This document shows, piece by piece, positions 1-10,052 of a stretch of DNA of 56,679 nucleotides. The stretch's first letter is position 1; each line of letters begins with the position of its first letter. The notes beneath the pieces were generated by a model. The model saw nothing but the letters and a program-made list of their open reading frames with translations, was not told the DNA's origin and searched no databases. Origin of the DNA: an uncultured Clostridia bacterium (GTDB lineage: Bacteria > Bacillota > Clostridia > TANB77 > CAG-508); contig CALXJY010000006.1 in assembly GCA_944388755.1 (NCBI GenBank), positions 1 through 56,679 on the forward strand, read 5' to 3'. The position numbers and the translations under genes were made by a program.

Positions 1-165
1 TATATCTTGAAGGGAGTTTTGTCTACTACATAGCTAAAGCCTTCGTTACTACCGGCAAGCCGGAAGTATATTTATAATAAAAATGCACACAATTTTCTAA
101 ATGAAAATTGGTGCAAGATAAATTATAAAATATAAAATTACTACAAATATGTTTTTTGTTATATA

Positions 166-591
166 CTAATCATCAATTGGTATATATTTTTTATTTTGAA
201 GTTCTTTTTTCTCCTCTTTTTTAGGAACTTCTATGCTTAAAGTACCATTTTTAAATGATGCTTTTATATCATCTTCTTTTATGTCATCTCCTACATAGAA
301 GCTTCTTGAACATTCTCCCATAAATCTTTCTTTTCTAACATATTTGCCTTCTTCCTTTTCATCTTTGTTATGACTTGTTTTTGCATTAATAATTAAGTAT
401 CCATTATTAATTTCAATTTTTATGTCATCTTTTTCATATCCAGGTAAGTCAATATCAACTATATACTTATCTTTCTTTTCTTTAATATCTGTTTTCATCA
501 ATTTGCTTTCTCTCTCTCCTGTAAAAAATGGATCTGAAAACATTTGATCCCATAAATCAAAATCACTTCTTTTTCTTGGTAACATCATCAT
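166..591 (-). CDS. Hsp20/alpha-crystallin small heat-shock protein
   Basis: MKTDIKE..DLPG..KDDIKI..ERFMGECSRSF..ASFKNGTLSIEVPK alpha-crystallin motifs; start set at ATG 591 behind GGAG. Confidence 0.95.
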   Translation of the reverse strand: MMMLPRKRSDFDLWDQMFSDPFFTGERESKLMKTDIKEKKDKYIVDIDLPGYEKDDIKIEINNGYLIINAKTSHNKDEKEEGKYVRKERFMGECSRSFYVGDDIKEDDIKASFKNGTLSIEVPKKEEKKELQNKKYIPIDD

Positions 592-677
592 AAAAATCAA
601 CTCCTATCTTTAAAATTATGTGTTGACACGATATTGTTAGCACATAGTAAAAAGTTCTTTTTCTTTTTACAATATAT

Positions 678-719
678 ATTATATACTTATTTTTAGCAAT
701 GTCAATAGTAAAGTGCTAA
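678..719 (-). promoter_or_regulatory. CIRCE (HrcA operator) overlapping a sigma-A promoter of hsp20
   Basis: 693-719 TTAGCAATG-N9-AAGTGCTAA versus consensus TTAGCACTC-N9-GAGTGCTAA; minus strand TTGACA-16nt-TATAAT. Confidence 0.85.
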
Positions 720-746
720 GTTTCACATAAAATTCACATAATGTTC

Positions 747-837
747 ATAAGAAAAGTGTGCATTTCGCTTCGCGAATATGCACAGCCCAAGGTAACTTAA
801 CCTTGTTGTATAGTCAAAATCTTTGATTTTTCCTATA
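747..837. repeat. REP-like multi-hairpin intergenic repeat, copy 1 (inverted copy at 49037-49163)
   Basis: 757-837 matches the reverse complement of 49037-49117 at 80/81 nt. Confidence 0.95.
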
Positions 838-853
838 TAATAAAAGAGTTTAT

Positions 854-1294
854 TTAACATTTGCTACTTTGTTTTAACATCCATAGTTTTTTCATATAGT
901 CAGAAATAAAACTATCCATCATACTAGATGTAAAGTAACTATTGTTTTTATCTGCTAATTCTTTTATTTTATTTGATTCTTGCAACAATTTTGTATAGTC
1001 TTCTACTAAAATTTCAAATATTGCTTTTGAGCCAATTTTTTCGTTTTTAGCTTCTTTAATTCCTGTATTTGCTATATAATCCTTTAATGTTCCTAAAGGT
1101 TGATATCCTAGCATAAGAATATGCTCTGCCAATTCATCTATTTGTTGATTTAAGTCATCATAATATTCTTCCAATTTTTCATGTATTATGAAAAAATCCT
1201 TTCCTTCAATATTCCAATGATAGTTTTGTAATTTTCTGTAAAATACGGCTAAATCACATAACATTTTGTTTAAGTTATTAATTATTTCTTCCAT
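854..1294 (-). CDS. dps: Dps family DNA starvation/stationary phase protection protein
   Basis: KLQNYHWNIEG..F..IHEKLEEYY..DELAEH ferroxidase signature; C-terminal KKLWML. Confidence 0.95.
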   Translation of the reverse strand: MEEIINNLNKMLCDLAVFYRKLQNYHWNIEGKDFFIIHEKLEEYYDDLNQQIDELAEHILMLGYQPLGTLKDYIANTGIKEAKNEKIGSKAIFEILVEDYTKLLQESNKIKELADKNNSYFTSSMMDSFISDYMKKLWMLKQSSKC

Positions 1295-1348
1295 AACTTC
1301 CTCCTTAAATTTAATTTATATGATTTTACCCTATATTTTAGTTTTTAT

Positions 1349-2413
1349 TCAATTTCTATTTAATTTTGTGTTATATTCTACCTGTGCTTTGCCATTTTCA
1401 TATTTTATGTTCATAATTCCTCCATTTACAATCGCCATTTGTGGCGCAACGTGCCCAATATCTGCATTTACTATTATTGGTACATTTAAGTCCCCTATGG
1501 CTTCTATTACTGCTTGTTCAAATGTGGTTCCATAATCTGTTCTAAAAAATAAAGGTCTTCCAAATATTATTCCTTTTATATTATTAAAATATCCACTATT
1601 TTTCATTTGCCATAATGTTCTTGTGAGTTCAGGACTAGATGTTTCGAAACACTCTAAATGCCATATAATTCCGTCATCTTTATATTTTTCTATAAAATTT
1701 TTTATATTATCATATTTTGTTGCAAAAAACATTTTTATAACATCTAAGTTTCCTCCTAACATTCTGCCTTGTATCTCAACTTTTTTATTTTTTGTTATGC
1801 ATTTCCAATTATTTTTTTCTGTTAATTCATATCCCATATTTATATTTTCTTTTTCTTTTTCTTCTTGATTTGCAAATTCTTCCTCCATATTTAAATTTAC
1901 TTTTTCGCATCTATCAAATGATTCTTGAATTACGTCTTTTCCTGATGCTATTTTCAATGCATCTTTTAAATTTCTATATAATGGTTTCATTGCATAGCTT
2001 TTTATTGTATCACATTGGATTGATGGAATTTCTAAAACTGTATTAAATAAGAATTCTAAAGTGCTTATATCAGAATATCCTTGCATCCATTTAGGTTCTA
2101 ATTGATCGATTTTCTTTAAATCCATGTATTCTAGTATTTCCATCAAATAGTCTCCTCCTGTTGCGAAAATAATTAGTTTGACATCTTTATTTTCCAGTAA
2201 TTCCATTAATTCTTTTGCTCGTTGTTTAGCATCACTACTTCTTCCTTTATAATTTTTTCTAACACTTTCTGTTTCTATTACATTATATCCCATTTCTTTT
2301 AATTGCTTTATTGCTTCATCTAATCTTTTTTGTTTTATTTCTTTATTTATTCCACCTGATGGTGCTGTTATACCTATAGTATCACCTATGCACAAGTTTT
2401 GTGGATATTTCAT
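1349..2413 (-). CDS. S66 family LD-carboxypeptidase (MccF/LdcA-like)
   Basis: GDTIGITAPS, GYSDIS nucleophile, GGNL, DIGHVAP. Confidence 0.9.
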   Translation of the reverse strand: MKYPQNLCIGDTIGITAPSGGINKEIKQKRLDEAIKQLKEMGYNVIETESVRKNYKGRSSDAKQRAKELMELLENKDVKLIIFATGGDYLMEILEYMDLKKIDQLEPKWMQGYSDISTLEFLFNTVLEIPSIQCDTIKSYAMKPLYRNLKDALKIASGKDVIQESFDRCEKVNLNMEEEFANQEEKEKENINMGYELTEKNNWKCITKNKKVEIQGRMLGGNLDVIKMFFATKYDNIKNFIEKYKDDGIIWHLECFETSSPELTRTLWQMKNSGYFNNIKGIIFGRPLFFRTDYGTTFEQAVIEAIGDLNVPIIVNADIGHVAPQMAIVNGGIMNIKYENGKAQVEYNTKLNRN

Positions 2414-2497
2414 ATTACCAATCCTTTCTTTTTTTTGCAATTTTATCATAAGTTTGCATATAATACAATAAGAAATTAAATGGAGGGGCTAATTTTA

Positions 2498-3151
2498 ATG
2501 TTTGAAGTTAAAACAAATGTGATTGAAAATAATATATTTTATAAAAAAACTCTTATTGTAAAGTATAGAATTGAATATCCTCACATAGTTTTTAAAGGTT
2601 TTAATTACAATATTAATAAATTTAATAATTTTAATCAATTAAATGCTATGGAGCTAAAATTATATGCTGAAAAAGATTTATATGAAGATGCTAAAAATGT
2701 TTACGATTATAACATATCTAACAATATACCATTTTTCCCATATGAACTTGTTTATAATTATAATATAACATACAATAAAAAACCTATTATTAGTTTATAT
2801 TTTGATCAATACATATATTCTAGTGGTGCACATGGTTCGACTGTAAGAACATCTCAAACTTGGAATTTAAATACTGGTATGCAGATTTCTCTATCTTCTT
2901 TGTTTAATAATAATTGTTGTTATGTTATATTAATTTTAAAAGAAATTTTACATCAAATAGAAACTCAGACTGAGAATGGTACCAACTTTTATTTTGAAAA
3001 TTATGCTAAACTTGTTATTGAGAATTTTAATTTTGATCAATTTTATTTAGATAATAATACTATTGCAATTTATTTTCAACAATACGATATTGCACCATAT
3101 TCAAGTGGAATACCTGTTTTTTTAATATATATGGAAAATTTGTTTAACTAG
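2498..3151 (+). CDS. DUF3298/DUF4163 (RsiV/PdaC-like) domain protein
   Basis: Y..SGAHG motif and C-terminal FQQYDIAPYSSGIP; GGAGG RBS before ATG 2498. Confidence 0.8.
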   Translation: MFEVKTNVIENNIFYKKTLIVKYRIEYPHIVFKGFNYNINKFNNFNQLNAMELKLYAEKDLYEDAKNVYDYNISNNIPFFPYELVYNYNITYNKKPIISLYFDQYIYSSGAHGSTVRTSQTWNLNTGMQISLSSLFNNNCCYVILILKEILHQIETQTENGTNFYFENYAKLVIENFNFDQFYLDNNTIAIYFQQYDIAPYSSGIPVFLIYMENLFN

Positions 3152-3328
3152 GATTTTGTTCTTAATATTATATTTATGATAAAAATTATATATTTTTAAA
3201 AATTTGCACTTTTAATTTGTGTATAAAATTCATGATTAAATAAATCTGCTTCATTTTACTAACTTAAAATTGTCCTAGAATAAATTAACAGACATTCAAA
3301 GAAAAAAAATTATAATTTATATTATTAT

Positions 3329-3362
3329 CTGTTACCTATTAGCATATTCTAATAGGTAACAG
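3329..3362. terminator. 14-bp stem hairpin between convergent genes
   Basis: CTGTTACCTATTAG-catatt-CTAATAGGTAACAG. Confidence 0.7.
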
Positions 3363-3470
3363 CATTTTTTATTAGCATTATAAAAAATATTGTCAAAGTA
3401 ATATTAAACAGTATTAAAAACTTTTTTTCTTATTATATTGTAATTAATAATTTTAATATGAACTTTTAAA

Positions 3471-4121
3471 TTACATTTTTCTGAATACCCCTGCAACTCT
3501 TCCTAATATTTGACAGTCAGGTACTATTATTGGTTCCATTGTACTATTTTCTGGTTGTAAGCGTATGTGATCTTTTTCTTTATAGAATGTTTTTACAGTA
3601 GCCTCATCTTCTATTAATGCTACTACAATTTGGCCATTGTCTGCTGTATTTTGTTTTTTTACTAAGATATAGTCTCCATCTAAAATACCGGCTTCAATCA
3701 TACTTTCTCCTCTTACTGTTAGCATAAAACATTCTGAGTTCCCAACAAAATCAATTGGTATAGGAAAAGTATCTGTTACATTTTCAACAGCTAGTATTGG
3801 CATACCTGCTGTTATTTTTCCTACTACAGGTACTTCTACTAATTCTTTTTGAGTGTAAAAATCTTTGCTTGATGTCTTTTTTTCTTCTCCTCCACTTCCT
3901 TTTAATAAACGTAGAGTTCTTCCTTTTTTGTCTTTTTTCTTAATATATCCTTTTTTTTCTAATCTTTCTAAATATCCATGTACTGTTGCTGTTGAGCTTA
4001 ATCCAACAGCTTCACCAATTTCTCTTACTGATGGTGGGTATCCATCTGTCATTATTTGTTTTTCAATAAATTTTAGTATTCCTTTTTCTCTTTTATTTAA
4101 CTCTTCCTTTTTTCTTGGCAT
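3471..4121 (-). CDS. lexA: SOS repressor LexA
   Basis: [10 protein letters not shown] wHTH, AG cleavage site (ITAG), GESM serine, ATVK lysine. Confidence 0.97.
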   Translation of the reverse strand: MPRKKEELNKREKGILKFIEKQIMTDGYPPSVREIGEAVGLSSTATVHGYLERLEKKGYIKKKDKKGRTLRLLKGSGGEEKKTSSKDFYTQKELVEVPVVGKITAGMPILAVENVTDTFPIPIDFVGNSECFMLTVRGESMIEAGILDGDYILVKKQNTADNGQIVVALIEDEATVKTFYKEKDHIRLQPENSTMEPIIVPDCQILGRVAGVFRKM

Positions 4122-4151
4122 TTTTACCACTCCATTCTCAACTTTTTTTAT

Positions 4152-4190
4152 ATAATATCATACAAACAAAAGAATGTCAAACAAAAGTTT
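4152..4190 (-). promoter_or_regulatory. lexA promoter with putative SOS box
   Basis: TTGACA-17nt-TATTAT on minus strand; AAAC-N4-GTTT palindrome at 4179-4190 overlapping the -35. Confidence 0.55.
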
Positions 4191-4300
4191 TAATTTTTAT
4201 TAAGATTTTTTTAAATTTTTATAAAACGTAGATTTTTATAAGTTGATATGTTATAATTAATTTAGATTTTAAATAATTTACAAAGGGGATTAATTAATTT

Positions 4301-4837
4301 ATGCAAGATTTAATTAACAAAATTTATGAAGATACATATTTTATAGATATTGTTTCAGATATTATTAAGAATAAAACTGTTTTACAAATGAAAAATTATA
4401 GACAACATTATGAGACAACTTGCTTTGATCATTGTTTAGTAGCATCTTATTATTGTTATAAATATTGCAAAAAACACAATTTAGATTATATTTCTTGTGC
4501 TAGAGCAGCAATGTTACATGATTTATTTTTATATGATTGGCGAAAAAGAATAAATGGTCGTAAAGGTCTACATGCTTTTACACATCCTAAAACTGCTTAT
4601 GAAAATGCCAATAAACTTTTTATTTTAAATGATAAAGAAAAAGATATAATTTTAAAGCATATGTGGCCAATTAATATTTTTGAAATGCCAAAATATAGAG
4701 AAAGCTTTGTTTTAACGATTATTGATAAAAGGTGTGCTATAAGTGAGGCTATTTATCAAATGCGTAAACAATATAGTCAAAAACGAGCATTTAGATTTTT
4801 GTATATTTTTTTAAGTTTTCTTATATTAAAAATATAA
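4301..4837 (+). CDS. HD-domain phosphohydrolase
   Basis: QH..T..DH, AMLHDLFLYDW, HAFTHP, KHMWP. Confidence 0.85.
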   Translation: MQDLINKIYEDTYFIDIVSDIIKNKTVLQMKNYRQHYETTCFDHCLVASYYCYKYCKKHNLDYISCARAAMLHDLFLYDWRKRINGRKGLHAFTHPKTAYENANKLFILNDKEKDIILKHMWPINIFEMPKYRESFVLTIIDKRCAISEAIYQMRKQYSQKRAFRFLYIFLSFLILKI

Positions 4838-4854
4838 AGAATACTTTTATAAGA

Positions 4855-4920
4855 ATAAATTTATGTAATAAATTTGTGTGCAACGTGTTTTAATCTATTA
4901 GAAAAGTTCTAATAGATTAA
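4855..4920. repeat. Palindromic intergenic repeat family 2 (short/empty form)
   Basis: AAATTTGTGTGCAACGTGTTTTAATCTATTAGAAAAGT nearly identical to 17996-18032. Confidence 0.7.
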
Positions 4921-4921
4921 T

Positions 4922-4958
4922 AAAAAATCCAACCTTGTGAAATATAGTTGGATTTTTT
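4922..4958. terminator. Bidirectional intrinsic terminator
   Basis: AAAAAATCCAAC...GTTGGATTTTTT between convergent HD gene and rplS. Confidence 0.7.
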
Positions 4959-4964
4959 ATTTAT

Positions 4965-5483
4965 CTATTCTGCTTTTTTGTCTGTTTCTTTAACTGTTTC
5001 TACTTTTTCTTCTTTAACTGTGTCCACAACTTCTTGTGTTTCTACATTTTCAGTTTCAACAGCTGGTTTTTCTTCAGGAGCTTCACTTACTTCTTCTACT
5101 AAATCTTCTTTTAATACTATTTCTTTGTCTTCTATTCTAGCGCCAATTTGTTCTTTAGTTTTAGCTGATTTACCTACTCTGTCTCTTAAATAGTATAATT
5201 TAGCACGTCTAGCTTTTCCTACTCTTACTAGTTCAACTTTTTCTACTAATGGAGAATGTACTAAAAATGTTTTTTCTACTCCTACTCCATAAGATGTTTT
5301 TCTAACTGTAAAAGTTTGATTTACTCCTCCACCTTGTACTTTAATAATTGTTCCTTCAAAAACTTGGATTCTTTCTTTATTTCCTTCTTTAATTCTAACA
5401 TGTACTTTAACTGTATTTCCAACTTTTAGTTCAGGAATTTTACTTTTTAATTGTTCATGTTCTATTGATTTTATAATATCCAT
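4965..5483 (-). CDS. rplS: 50S ribosomal protein L19 with acidic C-terminal extension
   Basis: [32 protein letters not shown]; downstream of trmD. Confidence 0.98.
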   Translation of the reverse strand: MDIIKSIEHEQLKSKIPELKVGNTVKVHVRIKEGNKERIQVFEGTIIKVQGGGVNQTFTVRKTSYGVGVEKTFLVHSPLVEKVELVRVGKARRAKLYYLRDRVGKSAKTKEQIGARIEDKEIVLKEDLVEEVSEAPEEKPAVETENVETQEVVDTVKEEKVETVKETDKKAE

Positions 5484-5484
5484 T

Positions 5485-6246
5485 TTAGAATTCTACCTCC
5501 TTTTTATTTTTGAGCGGTGTATTTTTATCTACACTTCTTTTTATTTTTTCTAAATATTCTTGTTCATCTTTAGATAATTTATATTTTTTAAGTAAATCAG
5601 GTCTTTTTAAAAAAGTTACTTTTATTGATTGCTGTTTTCTCCAATCTGAAATATTTTTATGATGCCCAGATAATAATACTTGTGGCACTTCTTTCCCTTC
5701 AAATATTTCAGGTCTTGTATATTGAGGATATTCAAGTAAACCTTGTGAAAATGTTTCTTCTTTAATAGATTCTTGTGTTAAAACATTTTCAACATATCTA
5801 CTTACACTATCTATTAAAACCATTGCTGGTAATTCCCCACCTGTTAGCACATAATCTCCTATAGATATTTCTTCATCCACAATCTTGTCTATTACTCTTT
5901 GATCAATACCTTCATAATGTCCACATAAAATAATAATATGTTCTTGCTTTGATAATTCCACTACTTTTTCTTGATTTAGTGTTTTTCCTTGTGGTGACAT
6001 GTAAATGACTTTGGCATTTTTAGCTTCTATAGACTTATAAGCTCTATATACAACATCTGGCATTATAACCATTCCGGCTCCTCCACCATATGGTGTATCA
6101 TCAACTTTTTTGTGCTTATTATTTGAAAAATCTCTGATATTTACAGTATTTATTTTTATAAGATTTTTTTCTTGTGCTTTTCCCAATATGCTTTGTTTTG
6201 TTGTTACAAACATTTCTGGAAATAGTGTTAAAACATCAAATTGCAT
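5485..6246 (-). CDS. trmD: tRNA (guanine37-N1)-methyltransferase
   Basis: [34 protein letters not shown]. Confidence 0.98.
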   Translation of the reverse strand: MQFDVLTLFPEMFVTTKQSILGKAQEKNLIKINTVNIRDFSNNKHKKVDDTPYGGGAGMVIMPDVVYRAYKSIEAKNAKVIYMSPQGKTLNQEKVVELSKQEHIIILCGHYEGIDQRVIDKIVDEEISIGDYVLTGGELPAMVLIDSVSRYVENVLTQESIKEETFSQGLLEYPQYTRPEIFEGKEVPQVLLSGHHKNISDWRKQQSIKVTFLKRPDLLKKYKLSKDEQEYLEKIKRSVDKNTPLKNKKEVEF

Positions 6247-6257
6247 TTTTTTCTCCT

Positions 6258-6770
6258 TTACACATCTTGTAAACCTTTTGGCAATTTTACTATTATTTTA
6301 TTTTCTTCTAGACAAATTTGTTTTATAACATCTTCTATAGCAGGTAATAAAATTTGCTTTCCTATTTCATTTTTTACAACATATATATCATTACTACCTG
6401 TATTATATATATCTTCTAGTATTCCAAGCAATTTTCCCGTTTCTGTATAAACCCTGCTTTGTAGTAAATCAGCTATATAATATCTACCTTCTTCAAGTGG
6501 TATAGCATCTTTACGTTCTATTTTTAAAATTCCATTACGTAATTTTTCTGCTTCTTCTACAGTGTTTATATCTGTAAATTTTATTAATACCATATTTTTA
6601 TGATATTTAACTTCTTGGATTTCATATTGCTTTTTTTTATGGTTTATATCAATATACGTTTTTTTTAAATTATCAAATCTTGTAATATCATCTGTATAAG
6701 GGATAACCTTTACCATGCCCTTAATCCCAAATGTATTTACTATTTGACCAATTTCAAAATATTCTTGCAT
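6258..6770 (-). CDS. rimM: Ribosome maturation factor RimM
   Basis: IGQIVNTFGIKG, YYIADL, TGSNDIYVV; canonical synteny. Confidence 0.96.
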   Translation of the reverse strand: MQEYFEIGQIVNTFGIKGMVKVIPYTDDITRFDNLKKTYIDINHKKKQYEIQEVKYHKNMVLIKFTDINTVEEAEKLRNGILKIERKDAIPLEEGRYYIADLLQSRVYTETGKLLGILEDIYNTGSNDIYVVKNEIGKQILLPAIEDVIKQICLEENKIIVKLPKGLQDV

Positions 6771-6783
6771 AAACAACTCCTAT

Positions 6784-7020
6784 TTAGTCTTCTACAAATT
6801 CTACTTCTACTTTTTTTCTTTCTTTTGCACCTACAGATTTCATAACAGTTCTTATTGATTTTGCAATCTTTCCTTGTCTACCTATAACTTTTCCCATGTC
6901 ATCTTTTGCTACTTTAACTTGTATTAAAACCTCTTTTTCATTTTTTGCTGTTTCAATGATTTCTATTGCTTCTTGGTTATCTACAAGATGTTTTATAATG
7001 GTTTCTAAGATATTCTTCAT
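6784..7020 (-). CDS. khpA: KH-domain RNA-binding protein KhpA
   Basis: DMGKVIGRQGKIAKSIRTV; between rpsP and rimM. Confidence 0.93.
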   Translation of the reverse strand: MKNILETIIKHLVDNQEAIEIIETAKNEKEVLIQVKVAKDDMGKVIGRQGKIAKSIRTVMKSVGAKERKKVEVEFVED

Positions 7021-7032
7021 ACCCTATTCCTC

Positions 7033-7266
7033 CTATTTTGCATTAGCTATTAAAGCCTTAACAGTGTCTGTTGGTTTAGCACCATTTTTAATCCATTTTT
7101 CTACTTTTTCTTTGTCTAATACTATAGTAGCAGGATCTGTCATTGGATTATATGTTCCTATTTTTTCTATAATTTTACCATCTCTTGGGCTTCTTGAATC
7201 AGCAACAACGATATGATAAAAAGGTGCTTTTTTCTTTCCTTCTCTTTGTAATCTTATTTTTACCAT
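7033..7266 (-). CDS. rpsP: 30S ribosomal protein S16
   Basis: [22 protein letters not shown]; AGGAGGTG RBS before ATG 7266. Confidence 0.98.
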   Translation of the reverse strand: MVKIRLQREGKKKAPFYHIVVADSRSPRDGKIIEKIGTYNPMTDPATIVLDKEKVEKWIKNGAKPTDTVKALIANAK

Positions 7267-7369
7267 ACTATTCACCTCCTTAGACTTGGACAAAGACTTC
7301 TTATATAATATTTTAGATTATTTTTACTTTTTAGGCTAAAAATATATAAATTTTTATATAAGTCTTGTA

Positions 7370-8722
7370 TTAAAATTTTAATTTTTTTAATGTGTTTTCA
7401 TCAATACTATTCATCAATTTTTTCATTCCACCTTTGTTACTTTTTAATTGCTTCATCATTTTTTGTGTCATTTCAAAAGATTTTATGAATTTATTAATTT
7501 CTTGTACTGATGTTCCACTTCCTTTAGCAATTCTTTGTCTACGACTTCCATTTAATATTTTTATGTTTCGTTTTTCCTGTGTCGTCATAGAACATATAAT
7601 TGCCTCTATTTTTTCAAATTCTTTGTCATCTACTTTTAAATCTTTTATTCTATTCATACCTGGAATCATTTTTAGCAATGACGAAAAAGATCCCATTTTT
7701 TTTACTTGTCTTAGTTGTGCTAAATAGTCATCTAGATCGAGCTCTTTTTTTCTCATTTGTTTTTCCAGTTTTTCTGCTTGTTCTAAGTCAAAACTTTCTT
7801 CTGCTTTTTCTATCACAGATAGTATATCTCCCATACCTAGTATTCTTTGTGCCATCCTATCTGGGTGAAATACTTCTAAATCGCTTAATTTTTCTCCTGT
7901 TGCTGCAAATTTAATTGGTTTTCCTGTAACTTTTTTTACTGATAATGCTGCACCACCACGAGTATCACCATCTAGTTTTGTAAGTATTATTCCATCTATT
8001 CCAACCTCTTTGTTAAATGTATCTGCAACATTAACTGCTTCTTGTCCTGTCATTGAGTCTACAACTAATAAAATTTCATGTGGTTTTACTGATGATTTCA
8101 CATTTTTTAATTCTTGCATTAATTCTTCATCAATTTGTAGACGTCCTGCAGTATCTAGTATAATTACATCATTTAATTTTGATATTGCTATGTTTATTGC
8201 TTGTTTTGCTATATGTACTACATCTTTTGATTGTTCATTACTAAATACTGGTATATTTAATTGTTTTCCAACTACTTGTAATTGTTTTATGGCTGCTGGT
8301 CTATATATATCACATGCTACTAATAATGGTTTTTTACCTTGTTTTCTAAATAAATTTGCAAGTTTACCTGCTGTTGTTGTTTTTCCTGAGCCTTGAAGTC
8401 CCACTAGCATTATTATTGTAGGTGGATTTGGTGTAAAATCAACTCTGCTCTCTACACCTCCTAATAGTTCTACTAATTCGTCTTTTACTATTTTAACTAC
8501 TTGTTGTCCAGGTGTTAATGATTTTAATACATCTTGACCTAATGCTTTCTCTTGAATTGTATTAATAAATTCTTTTACTATTTTATAGTTTACATCTGCT
8601 TCAAGCAAAGCAAGCCTTACTTCTCTTAGCATTTCTTTTAAGTCTGATTCTGTTATTCTTGCTTTTCCCCTCATTTTTCTTGTTATTTCTTGCAGACGAC
8701 TAGATAATCCTTCAAAAGCCAT
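7370..8722 (-). CDS. ffh: Signal recognition particle protein Ffh
   Basis: GLQGSGKTT, DTAGR, TKLDGDTRGG, M domain RIAKGSG. Confidence 0.98.
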   Translation of the reverse strand: MAFEGLSSRLQEITRKMRGKARITESDLKEMLREVRLALLEADVNYKIVKEFINTIQEKALGQDVLKSLTPGQQVVKIVKDELVELLGGVESRVDFTPNPPTIIMLVGLQGSGKTTTAGKLANLFRKQGKKPLLVACDIYRPAAIKQLQVVGKQLNIPVFSNEQSKDVVHIAKQAINIAISKLNDVIILDTAGRLQIDEELMQELKNVKSSVKPHEILLVVDSMTGQEAVNVADTFNKEVGIDGIILTKLDGDTRGGAALSVKKVTGKPIKFAATGEKLSDLEVFHPDRMAQRILGMGDILSVIEKAEESFDLEQAEKLEKQMRKKELDLDDYLAQLRQVKKMGSFSSLLKMIPGMNRIKDLKVDDKEFEKIEAIICSMTTQEKRNIKILNGSRRQRIAKGSGTSVQEINKFIKSFEMTQKMMKQLKSNKGGMKKLMNSIDENTLKKLKF

Positions 8723-8775
8723 ATTTATTCTCCTTTGCTTTTTTAGATATTTACTTTAATTTACTAATTTTGTAT

Positions 8776-9154
8776 TTAAAGTAAGCAATTTAATTCTTTT
8801 TTTACATCTTCCAAGATATGTGCTATTTTTTTATCTGAATATTCTTTTTGTATTTTACTTATTTCTAGTAAAGCTTTATTTATTTTCTTTTCTTGTTTTA
8901 ATGTCCTTTCCATAAATGTAAGCTTTTCTTCGTACTGGAAAAGTTTTTTCTCTCCTTTCTTTATTATATCTCTTACTGCTTGTCTTGTTATATTGTTATT
9001 TTCTGCTATTTCAGATAGAGATAAATCATTATTGCAGTAATCATTTATGAATTCATATTGTTTTCCGAGTTAGTAGTTTTCCATAATATTCACATAATAA
9101 GCTCATTGTTATTTTATTTTGTAATTCATTATTCTCTTCTTTTTTTTCACTCAT
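8776..9154 (-). pseudogene. ylxM: YlxM/UPF0122 DNA-binding protein with a +1 frameshift near 9067 (possibly sequencing error); absent from the ORF track
   Basis: Reads MSEKKEENNELQNKITMSLLCEYYGKLLT / (G)KQYEFINDYCNNDLSLSEIAENNNITRQAVRDIIKKGEKKLFQYEEKL..; immediately upstream of ffh. Confidence 0.9.
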
Positions 9155-9270
9155 AAATTTTTACCTCTTTTTTTGTAATGCAAATATACTTTACACTATA
9201 TTTTTAGTTTTGTCAAGTGTTTTTTGAAATATCATCTATTTTTTTTGATTTTTTGTAGTTATAATTTTGA

Positions 9271-9948
9271 TTAAGATACCTCTTTTGCATTAGAATATAT
9301 TTCTTTTAATTTTGAATCAGGATAATATTTATCAAAAAATATGTCAATCTCTCCTTTAGGTTGTATGTTTTTTCTTCTCTCTAAGTGTCTTATTCCGGCT
9401 AAACCTGAAATAGTAATATCAAATATAATAAATATGGCACATAAGACTGTAATAATTTTAAAAGTTTTATATTTATATCCAATATCTAATTTATTTATAT
9501 GTGGAAGTATATATTTTATAAACAATATTCCTCCAATGCCCCAATATATACAATGTAATAAGCTTGTCCTACCATTTATGTTTAATGGTAGATTTTTATA
9601 ATCCCAAGATATAGTTCCAAACCAGGTTTCTTGCATGTAAGAAAATACATATTCTATTATTCCTCCTAGTAACATCGTTATAAAAAATATCTTTGTATAA
9701 TTCTTCTTTTTTATGTTTGAAATAACTAAATAATATGCTACAAGCCCTACACCATATACTTGTATAAATGGTCCAAACAATAGTCCTTGCCTTGATACGT
9801 AATGGTTATTTTGCACTAATCCTACAATTGTTTCAATAATATATCCTAAAACACTACCAATTATAAATATCCAAAAAATTTTTGTAATTTTTTGGAGTAT
9901 TCCTTGTTTATCTGTTTCTATAATGTTTAGACTTTCTACTTTTTTCAT
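9271..9948 (-). CDS. Putative ABC transporter permease (CmpB/TMEM229-like membrane protein)
   Basis: GS.LG..IE, G.L.GPF..VYG.G, EY..S...E..FG..SWDY, NINGR. Confidence 0.75.
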   Translation of the reverse strand: MKKVESLNIIETDKQGILQKITKIFWIFIIGSVLGYIIETIVGLVQNNHYVSRQGLLFGPFIQVYGVGLVAYYLVISNIKKKNYTKIFFITMLLGGIIEYVFSYMQETWFGTISWDYKNLPLNINGRTSLLHCIYWGIGGILFIKYILPHINKLDIGYKYKTFKIITVLCAIFIIFDITISGLAGIRHLERRKNIQPKGEIDIFFDKYYPDSKLKEIYSNAKEVS

Positions 9949-10052
9949 TTTTTACACCTCAAAATTATTATAATATTAGTTTCTTATAATTATTTTGAGT
10001 CTTTCTTAATTTTCTATGAATTTTATTTTCATTTGTAATTTTCTTTCGGTAT

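Noticed and set aside
617-646. Hairpin in the hsp20 5' UTR as an RNA thermometer
   Set aside because: Pairs well only on the non-coding strand and does not cover the Shine-Dalgarno sequence.
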